Numbered from the stretch's first letter, positions 41,421 to 50,883 are shown. The stretch is 64,000 bases of DNA from Chloroflexota bacterium (GCA_021802585.1 JAJZRQ010000002.1:7919-71918); one strand, 5' to 3'. The notes: generated by a model not told the origin, from the sequence alone. Numbers and translations are program-made.

Positions 41421-43109
41421 GTGGTCCGCCTGGCCTGCGACGGGGCCGGGCTCCTCGAGGCGGTCCGGGCGGCCGTGGCGAACCTCGAGGCGCACGTCGA
41501 CGAGGTGAACGCCCTCAACGTCTTCCCGGTCCCGGACGGGGACACGGGGTCGAACATGGTGGCGACGTGCCGCGAGATGCTCGCCCACGTCCGCGACGAC
41601 GCGAGCGCCGAGGCGGTGACGGAACGCCTCCGCGAAGGCGCCCTGTTCGGCGCCCGGGGGAACTCCGGCGTCATCCTCAGCCAGATCGTCCGGGGGCTCG
41701 CCGAGGGGTTCGCCGGGAAGCGCCGCTTCAACGGTCTCGACCTGGCCCACGCGCTCGCGCGCGGGTCGACCGCGGCGTACGGGGCGGTCCCCCGGCCGGT
41801 CGAAGGGACGATGCTCACGGTCATCCGCGAGGCGTCGGCCGTCGCCGTGGAGGCGGCCGAGCGCTCGAACGACCTCGAGGCCGTCCTCTGGGCGGCGACC
41901 CACGCCGCGGCGCGGGCCCTCGAGAAGACACCGAGCCTCCTCCCCGTGCTCCGCGAGGCGGGCGTCGTCGACTCGGGCGGCGCCGGGCTCCTCCGCCTCC
42001 TCGAAGGGGCCCTCGCGTACCTCCGGGGCGAGGTCGTCGTCCCGGCCGCCGTCCGGGCACCCCGCGCGGCCGCCCCGCCCCCGGTCGAGGCCGCCCACCT
42101 CGAGACCGGCCACGGGTACGAGACGGTCTACCTCATCCGCCCCTTCCCGGGCCAGCTCCTCGACCTCGACCGGATCCGGGGTTACCTCGTCCGGACCGGG
42201 GAATCCGTGAACCTCGCGGGGGATCCGAAGGCGGCGAAGATCCACGTCCACAATGGGCGCCCGGACCTCGTCCTCCGGCACGCGCTCCAGCTCGGCCGCG
42301 TCGTGAACGCGACGGTCATCGACCTCGACCACCAGGCTGCCGAGGTCCGCGACGCGGGAGCTGTCCCGGGCCCGGCGCCCGTCGCGCCGCCCGCGGGGGC
42401 CGAGGCGGGTCGCCCGGCCGGGGCCGCCCGGGTGCCCCTCGGCGTCGTGGCGGTCGCGCCCGGCGACGGCCTCGCCGAGGCGCTCGCGGCGTTCGGCATC
42501 GCGGACGAACGGCTTCACGTCTCGCTCGTCCGCGGCGGCCAGGCGGAGAACCCGAGCGCCGGCCAGATCCTCGCCGCGATCGCCGCGTCGCCCGCGGAGG
42601 AGATCGTCGTCCTGCCGAACAACCCGAACGTGAAGCTCGCGGCCGGACAGGCCGCCGAGATGGCCGATCGGCCGGTGCGCGTCGTGCCGACCCGCAACGC
42701 CGCGGAGGGGATCGCGGCGCTCCTCGCCGTCGACCCCGCCGTCGGGGCGAGCGGCAACGTCGAGGCGATGCTCGAGGGGAGCCGGAGCATCCAGACCCTC
42801 CTCGTCACCGAGGCGGTGCGCGACGCCGTCGTGTCCGGCCGGAAGGTGCGGCGCGGGCAGGCGATGGCCCTCGACCCCGACGACGGCCTGCTCGCCGCCG
42901 ACGACGACCGGGAACGGGCGGTTCTCGCCGGCATCGGCGCCCTCGCGCCGGGGTTCAGCCTCGTGACGCTGTGGTACGGCGACGGGGCCGACCTCGCGGA
43001 GGCGGAGCGGCTCGCCCGGCTCGTCCGCGAGGCGTGGCCGGCCGTCGAGGAGGTCGAGGTCCGCCACGGCGGCCAGCCCCACTACCGGTACCTCGTCAGC
43101 GTGGAGTAG
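41421..43109 (+). CDS. yloV: DAK2-domain fusion protein YloV
   Basis: FPVPDGDTGSNM and ARGNSGVILSQ motifs; about 560 aa; lies between the Asp23-like gene and recG. Confidence 0.85.
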   Translation: MVRLACDGAGLLEAVRAAVANLEAHVDEVNALNVFPVPDGDTGSNMVATCREMLAHVRDDASAEAVTERLREGALFGARGNSGVILSQIVRGLAEGFAGKRRFNGLDLAHALARGSTAAYGAVPRPVEGTMLTVIREASAVAVEAAERSNDLEAVLWAATHAAARALEKTPSLLPVLREAGVVDSGGAGLLRLLEGALAYLRGEVVVPAAVRAPRAAAPPPVEAAHLETGHGYETVYLIRPFPGQLLDLDRIRGYLVRTGESVNLAGDPKAAKIHVHNGRPDLVLRHALQLGRVVNATVIDLDHQAAEVRDAGAVPGPAPVAPPAGAEAGRPAGAARVPLGVVAVAPGDGLAEALAAFGIADERLHVSLVRGGQAENPSAGQILAAIAASPAEEIVVLPNNPNVKLAAGQAAEMADRPVRVVPTRNAAEGIAALLAVDPAVGASGNVEAMLEGSRSIQTLLVTEAVRDAVVSGRKVRRGQAMALDPDDGLLAADDDRERAVLAGIGALAPGFSLVTLWYGDGADLAEAERLARLVREAWPAVEEVEVRHGGQPHYRYLVSVE

Positions 43110-43118
43110 GGGAGCGGC

Positions 43119-45305
43119 GTGGCGACCCGGGGCCCGCGCCCGGCGGCGGCAGCCGCCTCGCTGCCGGCCGACCCGTTCGCCACGGCGCTCCGTCAGAGCG
43201 GCCTGCCGGGCGCGGCGACGCTCGGCCGGGTCGGGGTGCGGCTCGGGCTGCGCACCGTCCGCGACCTCCTCCTCTGGCTTCCCCGCCGGTACGACGACCT
43301 GCGGACGATCCACGACCTCGGCAGCCTCCGCTTCGTCGAGCCAGATGTGGTCGTGAGCGCCCGGGCGCGGGTCGTCTCCGTCCACGCGGGGCGGACGCAG
43401 CGCCGGCACGTCGAGGTCGTGACCGCCCGCCTCGCCGACGCCGCGGGCACCGCCGACGCCCAGTGGTACGGGCGCCAGTTCGTCGAGCGACGGCTCGTCC
43501 CCGGGGCGGAGTACGTCTTCTCCGGGAAGCTCCGGAAGCGCGGCTTCGGGCTCCTCCTCGACAACCCGGCCTTTCAGGCGCCTGACGCCGACCTCGTCCA
43601 CGCCGGCCGGATCGTCCCGGTCTACCGGCTCACCGCGGGCCTCGCCCTGCGCTCGCTACGCGCCGCGATCCGGGCCGCCCTCGACCGCTACCCGCCGTAC
43701 GGCGAGTACCTGGCGGCGGAGGTCCTCCGCGAGGAGGGCCTGGCGGGCATCGCGGAGGCCCTCGCGGAAGCGCACTTCCCCGACGACTTCGGCGGTCGCG
43801 ACGCCGCCCTCCGGCGCCTCGCCTTCGACGAGCTCCTCGCCCTCCAGGTCGGCATGGTGGCCCGCCGCCGCCAGCGGGCGGTCGCCGCCGCCGTCCGCGT
43901 CGCCACCGAGGACCGCCGCGACCGCGAGATCCGGTCGGCGATCGGCGAGGCGCTCGGGGCCCGCCTCGGGCGCGCGGTCGAGCTCACGGTCGACCAGGCG
44001 AGCGCGATGGATGAGGTCCGGCGGGACCTCGCCGGGCACCACCCGATGCTCCGCCTCCTCCAGGGCGACGTCGGGTCGGGGAAGACGGCGGTCGCCGCGT
44101 ACGCCCTCGCGGTCGCGGCGGAGGCAGGCAGCCAGGGCGCCCTCCTCGCCCCGACGGACCTCCTCGCCCGGCAGCACGCCGTGACGCTCGGCGACCTCCT
44201 CGCCCCGCTCGGCATCCCGGTCGCCCTCCTCACGGGCTCCCTCTCGAGCGCGGGCGCCGCGACCGCCCTCGCCGCGATCGCCGACGGCCGGGCGCCGGTC
44301 GTCGTCGGTACGCACGCCCTCTTCTCGGAGCGGGTGGCGTACGCCCGGCTCGGGCTCGTCGTCGTGGACGAGCAGCACCGCTTCGGCGTCGAGCAGCGGG
44401 CGGCCCTCGAGGCGAAGACGCGCGGCGGCGCGGCCCACGTCCTCCTCATGACCGCCACGCCGATCCCGCGGACGCTCGGCCAGGTGCTCTACGCGGACCT
44501 CGACGTCTCCGACCTCCGGACGGTCCCGGCGGGGCGCGTCCCGATCCGGACGACGATCCGCCGGCCGGACGACCTGGAGCGGCTCTGGGCGTTCGTGCGC
44601 GCCGAGGCGGAGGCGGGTCGGCGGACGTTCGTCGTCGTGCCGCGGATCGACGAGGACGACGTCGCCGAGGGCGACGAGGAGTCCGGCGTCGTCGCGGCGG
44701 AGGCGGAGTTCGAGCGCCTGCAGGCGCTCCTCGCGCCGCTCCGCGTCGGCCTCGTTCACGGCCGGAAGAAGGCGGCGGAGCGGGACGAGGAGATGGCGCG
44801 GTTCCGGGACGGCGCTCTCGACGTCCTCGTCGGCACGACCGTCGTGGAGGTCGGCGTCGACGTGCCGGAGGCGTCGGTGATGATCGTCGAGGGAGCCGAC
44901 CGGTTCGGGCTCGCCCAGCTCCACCAGCTCCGGGGGCGCGTGGGACGGGGGACGGCGGCGTCGTACTGCGTCCTCGTCGCCGACGTCGCGCCGGGCACGG
45001 TGGCCGCCGAGCGGCTCGCCGCGATCGCTCGGACGACCGACGGCTTCGAACTCGCCGAGACGGACTTCGTCCTGCGCCGGGAGGGGGACGTCCTCGGGCT
45101 CGTCCAGAGCGGCCTGCCGCGGCTCCGCGTCGCGACCCTCGAACGGCAGGACCACCGCCTCCTCGCGACCGCCGCCCGGGCGCGGGCAGAGGCGCTCCTC
45201 GCCCCCGACGGGTCGTTCCGCCGGCCGGACGACCCCCTCGCCCGCGAGCTCACGGCCGGGTGGCTCGCCCGCGTCTTCGCCGGCGACCCGGCCCCCGGGG
45301 CGTAG
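43119..45305 (+). CDS. recG: ATP-dependent DNA helicase RecG
   Basis: LLQGDVGSGKTAVA, VVVDEQHRFGV, TATPIPRT and QLHQLRGRVGRG motifs. Confidence 0.92.
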   Translation: MATRGPRPAAAAASLPADPFATALRQSGLPGAATLGRVGVRLGLRTVRDLLLWLPRRYDDLRTIHDLGSLRFVEPDVVVSARARVVSVHAGRTQRRHVEVVTARLADAAGTADAQWYGRQFVERRLVPGAEYVFSGKLRKRGFGLLLDNPAFQAPDADLVHAGRIVPVYRLTAGLALRSLRAAIRAALDRYPPYGEYLAAEVLREEGLAGIAEALAEAHFPDDFGGRDAALRRLAFDELLALQVGMVARRRQRAVAAAVRVATEDRRDREIRSAIGEALGARLGRAVELTVDQASAMDEVRRDLAGHHPMLRLLQGDVGSGKTAVAAYALAVAAEAGSQGALLAPTDLLARQHAVTLGDLLAPLGIPVALLTGSLSSAGAATALAAIADGRAPVVVGTHALFSERVAYARLGLVVVDEQHRFGVEQRAALEAKTRGGAAHVLLMTATPIPRTLGQVLYADLDVSDLRTVPAGRVPIRTTIRRPDDLERLWAFVRAEAEAGRRTFVVVPRIDEDDVAEGDEESGVVAAEAEFERLQALLAPLRVGLVHGRKKAAERDEEMARFRDGALDVLVGTTVVEVGVDVPEASVMIVEGADRFGLAQLHQLRGRVGRGTAASYCVLVADVAPGTVAAERLAAIARTTDGFELAETDFVLRREGDVLGLVQSGLPRLRVATLERQDHRLLATAARARAEALLAPDGSFRRPDDPLARELTAGWLARVFAGDPAPGA

Positions 45306-45310
45306 CCGGC

Positions 45311-45901
45311 GTGGCGGGGGCCGGACGCGTCGTCGCCGGGTCGGCCGGCGGGATCGCCCTGGCGCCGGCCGGCCGCGGGACGCGGCCCCTCGCCGACCGG
45401 GTGAAGCAGGCCGTCTTCGGTGCCCTCGAGGGGACGCTCGGCGGGGCGGCGGTCCTCGACGTCTGCGCGGGAACCGGCGCGGCGGCGATCGAAGCGCTCT
45501 CCCGGGGCGCGGCCCGGGCAGTCCTCGTCGACGATGACGCGGGTGCCGCGCGGGCGATCGCCGAGAACCTCCGGCGGACGGGGCTCGCGCCCGTGGCGGT
45601 CGTGCTCCGGCGCGACGCCCGCGCGGCGCTCCGCGACCTCGCCGCGGCTGGCGAGCGGTTCGACCTGGCCATCGTCGATCCGCCGTACGCCGACACGGGC
45701 CTCCGCGACGCGATCCTCGCCCTCCTCGGCGGTCCCGGCGGGCCCCTCCGGCCCGGGGCCGTCGTCGTCGCGACCGGGCACTGGCGCGAGCCGCCTCCGG
45801 CCGAGGTCGGGCTGCTACGATCGACGCGCGTCCGCCGCTTCGGTGAGACCGCGATCGCCTTCTATCGCCGGGAGCCCGGCGAGGTCGCGGCGGCGGGCTG
45901 A
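45311..45901 (+). CDS. rsmD: 16S rRNA (guanine966-N2)-methyltransferase RsmD
   Basis: TRPLADRVKQAVFG, VLDVCAGTGAAAIEALSRGA and the DLAIVDPPY motif. Confidence 0.85.
   Translation: MAGAGRVVAGSAGGIALAPAGRGTRPLADRVKQAVFGALEGTLGGAAVLDVCAGTGAAAIEALSRGAARAVLVDDDAGAARAIAENLRRTGLAPVAVVLRRDARAALRDLAAAGERFDLAIVDPPYADTGLRDAILALLGGPGGPLRPGAVVVATGHWREPPPAEVGLLRSTRVRRFGETAIAFYRREPGEVAAAG
45813..45821 (+). promoter_or_regulatory. Candidate extended -10 (TGcTACGAT) inside the rsmD 3' end, upstream of coaD
   Basis: ggg ctg cta cga tcg uses rare CTA and CGA codons; coaD ATG is 92 nt downstream. Confidence 0.3.
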
Positions 45902-45912
45902 GCGGAGGTCGG

Positions 45913-46419
45913 ATGCGCACCGCCGTCTACCCGGGGTCCTTCGACCCGGTCACGCTCGGCCATCTCGACGTCCTTCGCCGCGCGGCGGGCGTCTTCGACC
46001 GGGTCGTCGTGGCGGTCCTCGCGAACACCCGCAAGGCGCCCGCGGGCGAGGCCGCGGCACGCGCCGAGGCGATCCGCGAGGCCCTGCCCGAGGCTCTCGG
46101 GGGGCTCGCAGAGCGGGTCGAGGTCCGCGTCTTCGAGGGGCTCACCGTCGACGCCTGCCGGGCCGTGGGGGCCCGCCACATCGTCCGCGGGCTGCGGGCC
46201 GTGTCCGACTTCGAGGCGGAGCTCCAGATGGCCCACATGAATCACCGCCTCGCCCCCGAGATCGACACGGTCTTCTTCATGACGGCGCTCGAGCACGGGT
46301 ACCTCTCGTCGAGCCTGGTGAAGGAGATCGCGCGGTTCGGCGGGGATGTGTCGGCGATGGTCCCGCCCGGCGTCGCCGCCCGCCTCCGGGCATCGGACGA
46401 GCGGGGGCCGCGTCTATAA
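45913..46419 (+). CDS. coaD: Phosphopantetheine adenylyltransferase
   Basis: AVYPGSFDPVTLGHLDV and ISSSLVKEI-type motifs. Confidence 0.93.
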   Translation: MRTAVYPGSFDPVTLGHLDVLRRAAGVFDRVVVAVLANTRKAPAGEAAARAEAIREALPEALGGLAERVEVRVFEGLTVDACRAVGARHIVRGLRAVSDFEAELQMAHMNHRLAPEIDTVFFMTALEHGYLSSSLVKEIARFGGDVSAMVPPGVAARLRASDERGPRL

Positions 46420-46420
46420 T
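46415..46420 (+). promoter_or_regulatory. Perfect TATAAT hexamer overlapping the coaD stop codon
   Basis: cgtcTATAATccgg; the TAA stop is embedded in it. Confidence 0.4.
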
Positions 46421-46468
46421 CCGGGCCAGCACCGCCCACGGCGCGAGGAGGGCACTCCCATCGACATC

Positions 46469-46966
46469 ATGTTCTTCGTCGAGCGCCTCGAGGGGATGCT
46501 CGCGAACGGCAGGCGGCTGCCGCTGACGTCGAACGTCGTCGTCGACCAGGCGGCGGCCCTCGAGCTCATCGACGAGCTCCGCCATGCCGTCCCGGAGGAG
46601 GTCCAGAGCGCCCGCCGGACGAACGCGGAGGCCGAGCGGATCCTCGAGCGCGCCGGCCAGGAGGCTGAGCGGATCATCGCCCGGGCCCACGAGCAGGCGG
46701 CCTACCTCATCGACGAGCAGGGGCTCACCGAGGCGGCCGAGGCGGAGAGCCGGCGGATCATCGGTGAAGCCGACGACGACGCCGCGGCGACGCGCCGGGG
46801 AGCCGACGAGTACGCGGCCGACATCCTCCTCCGCCTCGAGGCGGAGGTGTCCCGGGTCCTCGGGCAGATCGAGCGGGGCATCGACGCCCTCGAGGTCCGC
46901 GGCGGGCCGGAGCCCGGGACGGACGCGCCGGACGCGGAGGAGCCCGCCGAGCCGATCGGCGCATGA
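46469..46966 (+). CDS. Hypothetical coiled-coil protein (ATP-synthase subunit b/E-like helical repeats)
   Basis: EEVQSARRTNAEAERILERAGQEAERIIARAHEQAAYLI. ATG 46469 is 17 nt from GGAGG (46447-46451), and an in-frame ATC at 46460 has better spacing, so the start is uncertain. Confidence 0.5.
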   Translation: MFFVERLEGMLANGRRLPLTSNVVVDQAAALELIDELRHAVPEEVQSARRTNAEAERILERAGQEAERIIARAHEQAAYLIDEQGLTEAAEAESRRIIGEADDDAAATRRGADEYAADILLRLEAEVSRVLGQIERGIDALEVRGGPEPGTDAPDAEEPAEPIGA

Positions 46967-47517
46967 CGACCGCCCCGGCCGACGCGCTCGTCGTCAACGT
47001 CGCCGGCCTCCTCGGCGAGAGCCCGGGGTCGCACCGCGACGTCGCGGTCGCCGGTGTCCGCCTCGACCTCGGCGCGGACCTCGTCCAGGCGGCGCCGCTC
47101 GCGGTCGGCGTCCGGGTGGCCCGGACGAACCGCGGCGTGTTCGTCACCGGGCGGGTCCGCACGAGCCTCGCCGACACGTGCGGCCGCTGCCTCGTCGCCC
47201 TCGAGATCCCGATCGACGTGTCGATCGAGGAGGAGGTCCTCCCGCTCATCGAATTGCAGTCGGGCCTGCCCGTCGACACGACCGCGGAGCCGGAGGCGTT
47301 CCGCCTCACCGACCACCACGAGCTCGACCTCGAGCCACTCGTCCGCGAGGCCGTGCAGCTCGCCGCGCCAATCGCCCCGACGTGCCGGCCGGACTGCGCG
47401 GGCCTCTGCCCGGTCTGCGGCGAGGATCTCAACGCCCGGCCCCACGAGCATGCCGACGAGCCGGTTGACCCGCGCCTCGCCGCGCTCGCCGACCTCCGCA
47501 TCGACGAGGAGCGTTGA
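46963..47517 (+). CDS. yceD: YceD/DUF177 family protein (large-subunit rRNA accumulation factor)
   Basis: C-terminal CRPDCAGLCPVCGEDLN motif and position directly upstream of rpmF. Confidence 0.8.
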   Translation: MTTAPADALVVNVAGLLGESPGSHRDVAVAGVRLDLGADLVQAAPLAVGVRVARTNRGVFVTGRVRTSLADTCGRCLVALEIPIDVSIEEEVLPLIELQSGLPVDTTAEPEAFRLTDHHELDLEPLVREAVQLAAPIAPTCRPDCAGLCPVCGEDLNARPHEHADEPVDPRLAALADLRIDEER

Positions 47518-47524
47518 AACCGGG

Positions 47525-47530
47525 TACACT
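47525..47530 (+). promoter_or_regulatory. Candidate -10 (TACACT) for rpmF-plsX
   Basis: gggTACACTCCGCCttcgg lies 94 nt upstream of the rpmF ATG. Confidence 0.4.
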
Positions 47531-47623
47531 CCGCCTTCGGCCGGCGGCGCCGCCCTGCCCCGCGCCCGACGGATCCGGCCCGCGCGCCGCGGTGCCCCAC
47601 GAACGACAGGAGCAGCCACCCCG

Positions 47624-47824
47624 ATGGGTCTCCCGAAGCGGAAGGTCTCGCACGCCCGACAGGGCGACCGGCGCTCGCACCACGCGCTCGCCCTCCCGAG
47701 TCTCGTCGAGTGCAGCCACTGCCACGCCATGAAGCGCTCGCACCACGTCTGCCCGAGCTGCGGGTACTACGACGGGCGCCAGGCGGTCGAGCTGAAGAAG
47801 AAGGGCGGCGAGGCGGCCTCCTGA
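47624..47824 (+). CDS. rpmF: 50S ribosomal protein L32
   Basis: MGLPKRKVSHARQGDRRSHHAL...CSHCHAMKRSHHVCPSCGYYDGR. Confidence 0.9.
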   Translation: MGLPKRKVSHARQGDRRSHHALALPSLVECSHCHAMKRSHHVCPSCGYYDGRQAVELKKKGGEAAS

Positions 47825-47861
47825 CGAGGGCCGGCCGCGCAGCCGCGAGGGATCGCGCCCG

Positions 47862-48980
47862 ATGGATCTGGCGACCGTCCGGGGCATCGAGCACGGGCGG
47901 AGCGTCCGGCTCGCGGTCGACGCGATGGGCGGCGACCACGCGCCCCGGGAGGTCGTGGCGGGCGCCCTACTCTACGCGGCCGAGGCGCCCGACGACGCGC
48001 TGATCCTCGTCGGCGACCCGGCGCGGATCGCGGCGTCGGCCGGCGGCCCGCTCCCGGCGAACGTGACGGTCGAGCCGGCCGCCGAGGTCGTCGAGATGGA
48101 CGAGCATCCGGCCCGTGCGCTCCGCGAGAAGAAGGACGCCTCGATCCTCGTCGCCTGCGACCTCGTCCGGCGCGGCCGCGCCGACGCCGTCGTGACGGCG
48201 GGCCACACGGGAGCCGGGATGGCCGCGGCCGTCCTCCGCCTCGGGCGCGCTCCCGGCGTCGACCGCCCGGCCCTCGCGATCCAGATGGTGACCGAGACGG
48301 GGCCGTTCGTCCTCCTCGACATCGGGGCGAACCCCGACTCCACCGCCGAGAACCTCGTCCAGTACGCGCGGATGGGGGCCCTCTTCGCCGAGCGCGCCCT
48401 CGGCGTGGCGACGCCGCGGGTGGCGCTCCTCTCGATCGGCGAGGAGAAGGGCAAGGGCGACGCCCGGATCCAGCGCGCGACGGAGCTCCTCGACGCCACC
48501 GACCTCCGGTTCGTGGGGAACGTCGAGGGGAAGGACCTCGTCCACCACCCCGCCGACGTCGTCGTCTGCGACGCGGTCCTCGGGAACGTCACGATCAAGT
48601 TCTTCGAGGGGCTCGCGACGTTCATCTTCGACCTCTGGGAGCAGGAATTCCGGCGCGACCTGCGGGGCCGGCTCGCGTACCTCCTCCTCCGGCCCGGGAT
48701 CGACCGGATCCGGCGCACGTTCGACTACGAGGTCCTCGGCGGGTCGCCGCTCCTGGGCGTGCGCGGGACCGTCATCATCACCCACGGCCGGGCGAAGCGC
48801 CGGATGGTGAAGCACGCCTGCGCCGTCGGCGCCGCGGCGGCGCGGGCGCGGCTCCCGGAGGTGATCGGCGACGCGCTGCGGTCCGGCCCGTCGGGCGACG
48901 CCACCGCCGATTCCGGTGGCGCGGACGGGACCGGGCCGAACGCGGCGGCCGCCGCGCCCACGGCGGGGGCGACCGCGTGA
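47862..48980 (+). CDS. plsX: Phosphate acyltransferase PlsX
   Basis: AVDAMGGDHAP, VTAGHTGA and LLGVRGTVIITHG motifs. Confidence 0.92.
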   Translation: MDLATVRGIEHGRSVRLAVDAMGGDHAPREVVAGALLYAAEAPDDALILVGDPARIAASAGGPLPANVTVEPAAEVVEMDEHPARALREKKDASILVACDLVRRGRADAVVTAGHTGAGMAAAVLRLGRAPGVDRPALAIQMVTETGPFVLLDIGANPDSTAENLVQYARMGALFAERALGVATPRVALLSIGEEKGKGDARIQRATELLDATDLRFVGNVEGKDLVHHPADVVVCDAVLGNVTIKFFEGLATFIFDLWEQEFRRDLRGRLAYLLLRPGIDRIRRTFDYEVLGGSPLLGVRGTVIITHGRAKRRMVKHACAVGAAAARARLPEVIGDALRSGPSGDATADSGGADGTGPNAAAAAPTAGATA

Positions 48981-49291
48981 GCCCGCCAACCCTCGCGATC
49001 AGCCACCCGGTGATCCGCGACCTCGTCCGGCTCGCGGCGATCGAGGTCCCCGGCGTCCTCCGGGTCTCGTGGGCCGGCTCGCCGATCCGTCGCGCGCTCG
49101 CCGGGCGGCCGGTCGTCGTCCGCCTGCGCCACGGGGTCGTCGAGGCCCGGGTCGTCGTCGTGGCCCGGCCGGGCCAGCCGCTCGCCGCGCTCGCCGCCGA
49201 CGTCCGGACCGCCGTCGCCGCAGCGATCGAGCGCCTCCTCGGCCTCGACCTCGGCGAGGTCACCGTCCGGATCGACGGCATCGGCGGCTGA
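48977..49291 (+). CDS. Asp23/Gls24 family protein (YqhY-like, upstream of nusB)
   Basis: ISHPVIRDLVRLAAIEVPGVLRV...VRTAVAAAIERLLGL; GTGA overlap with plsX. Confidence 0.72.
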   Translation: MSPPTLAISHPVIRDLVRLAAIEVPGVLRVSWAGSPIRRALAGRPVVVRLRHGVVEARVVVVARPGQPLAALAADVRTAVAAAIERLLGLDLGEVTVRIDGIGG

Positions 49292-49295
49292 GCGC

Positions 49296-49796
49296 GTGGG
49301 CGCGCGGACTCCGGGGGCGCGCGGCGACCTCGTCCGCTCGCGGCGCGCGGCCCGCCGGCTCGCCCTCATGGCCCTCTTCGAGGCCGAGTTCGGGCAGCGG
49401 ACGGCGCCGACGATCCTCGAGCGGCACCTGGGCGAGACGGAGGGCGACGTCGAGACGGCCCGCTACGCCCGCCACCTCGTCGCCGCGGCGGTCGCGAACC
49501 GGGACCGGATCGACGCCCGGATCGCGGCCGCGGCGCCCCAGTACCCGGTCGTCACGCTCGCCCGGATGGACCGCGTCCTCCTCCGTGCGGGCATCTGCGA
49601 GGTGCTACACTCGCCCGCGACGCCGGCCCGGGTGGCGATCGCCGAGTGGGTCGAGCTCGCTCGGGTCTACGGAGGAGACCCGGCACGGCGTCTCGTCAAC
49701 GGAGTCCTCGGCAGGGTCGCCCGGGACGCCTCCGATGCGATGCCAGAGCCAGCACCGGCCACCGAGCCGGACGCGATCCCCGACGCGCATGCATGA
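49296..49796 (+). CDS. nusB: Transcription antitermination factor NusB
   Basis: SRRAARRLALMALFEAEF..., RMDRVLLRAGICEVLH..., NGVLGRVAR. Confidence 0.85.
   Translation: MGARTPGARGDLVRSRRAARRLALMALFEAEFGQRTAPTILERHLGETEGDVETARYARHLVAAAVANRDRIDARIAAAAPQYPVVTLARMDRVLLRAGICEVLHSPATPARVAIAEWVELARVYGGDPARRLVNGVLGRVARDASDAMPEPAPATEPDAIPDAHA
49603..49611 (+). promoter_or_regulatory. Candidate extended -10 (TGcTACACT) inside nusB
   Basis: gag gtg cta cac tcg uses the rare CTA codon; it lies about 200 nt upstream of acpP. Confidence 0.2.
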
Positions 49797-49817
49797 CACC
49801 CAGGGAGGATGGATCCA

Positions 49818-50054
49818 GTGGCGACCACGTACGAGCGGCTGAAGAAGATCGTCGTCGAGCAGCTCGGCGTCGACGAGGCAGAGGTGACCCCGGAAGCGTC
49901 GTTCGTCGACGATCTCAACGCCGACTCGCTCGACCTCGTCGAGCTCATCATGAGCCTCGAGGAGGAGTTCGGGATGGAGATCTCGGACGAGGAGGCCGAG
50001 AGGATCCGGACCGTCCAGGACGCCGTCGAATACATCGACGAGCACGCGAGCTGA
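49818..50054 (+). CDS. acpP: Acyl carrier protein
   Basis: [22 protein letters not shown] (phosphopantetheine Ser). GTG 49818 lies 9 nt after GGAGG; the track start ATG 49809 abuts the SD. Confidence 0.9.
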   Translation: MATTYERLKKIVVEQLGVDEAEVTPEASFVDDLNADSLDLVELIMSLEEEFGMEISDEEAERIRTVQDAVEYIDEHAS

Positions 50055-50067
50055 CCGACCCCCGGCG

Positions 50068-50883
50068 ATGCCGGGGGATCCTGCCCGCCTGCCGCGTCCC
50101 GCATCCGAGCTCGCCGAGCGTCTCGGGGTCGTCTTCCGCGACCCGTCGCTCCTCGCCCGGGCGCTCGTCCACGGCTCGTGGCTCCACGAGCACCCGGAGG
50201 ACCCGACCGGCCACAACGAGCGCCTCGAGTTCCTCGGCGACGCCGTCGTCAGCCTCGTGATCTCGGAGGAGCTCCACGCCCGCCGTCCCGGTGACGACGA
50301 GGGCGTCCTCTCCGCGCGCCGGGCCGCGATCGTGAGCCGGCATGGCCTCGCCCGACTCGCCCGCCGCCTCGACCTGGGCGAGTACCTCCTCCTCGGCGAA
50401 GGCGAGGAGGCACGCGGGGGGCGGCACCGCCCGGGACTCCTGGCGTCTGCGCTCGAGGCGGTCGCCGCCGCCATCTTCCTCGACCGCGGGTGGGATGCGG
50501 CACGGGCGTGGCTCGCCGGCCTCGCCGCGCCGGAGCTGGCGGTCGAGGGGGCGCCGGGGACGTTCAAGAGCCCGAAGAGCCGCCTCCAGGAGCTCACCCA
50601 ACGGCGATCGGGCGAGCGGCCGGCGTACCGGCTCGTCGAGGTGACCGGCCCCGACCACCAGCGACGGTTCGTCGTCGACGTCGCGATCGGCGGCCGCGTC
50701 GTGGGGACCGGCAGCGGGGCCTCGCGGCGGAGCGCCGAGACCGCCGCGGCGGCCGCCGCGCTCGCGGACGTCGCGGTTGCTCCGCCGGGCGGGGACGAGC
50801 GAGGGGTCGCCGCCGCCGAGGACGGGGCGGGCGCGGCTGCCGCCGAGGACGGGGCGGCGGCCGGCCGGCCGATCGACGGGTGA
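50068..50883 (+). CDS. rnc: Ribonuclease III
   Basis: NERLEFLGDAVVSLVISEEL, the dsRBD (KSPKSRLQEL...GPDHQRRFVV...SRRSAETAAA) and an Ala-rich tail. Confidence 0.92.
   Translation: MPGDPARLPRPASELAERLGVVFRDPSLLARALVHGSWLHEHPEDPTGHNERLEFLGDAVVSLVISEELHARRPGDDEGVLSARRAAIVSRHGLARLARRLDLGEYLLLGEGEEARGGRHRPGLLASALEAVAAAIFLDRGWDAARAWLAGLAAPELAVEGAPGTFKSPKSRLQELTQRRSGERPAYRLVEVTGPDHQRRFVVDVAIGGRVVGTGSGASRRSAETAAAAAALADVAVAPPGGDERGVAAAEDGAGAAAAEDGAAAGRPIDG

Noticed and set aside
47514-47519. TTGAAA at the yceD stop as a -35 element for the rpmF promoter.
   Set aside because: It lies only 5 nt upstream of the TACACT hexamer, which is incompatible with a 16-19 nt spacer.
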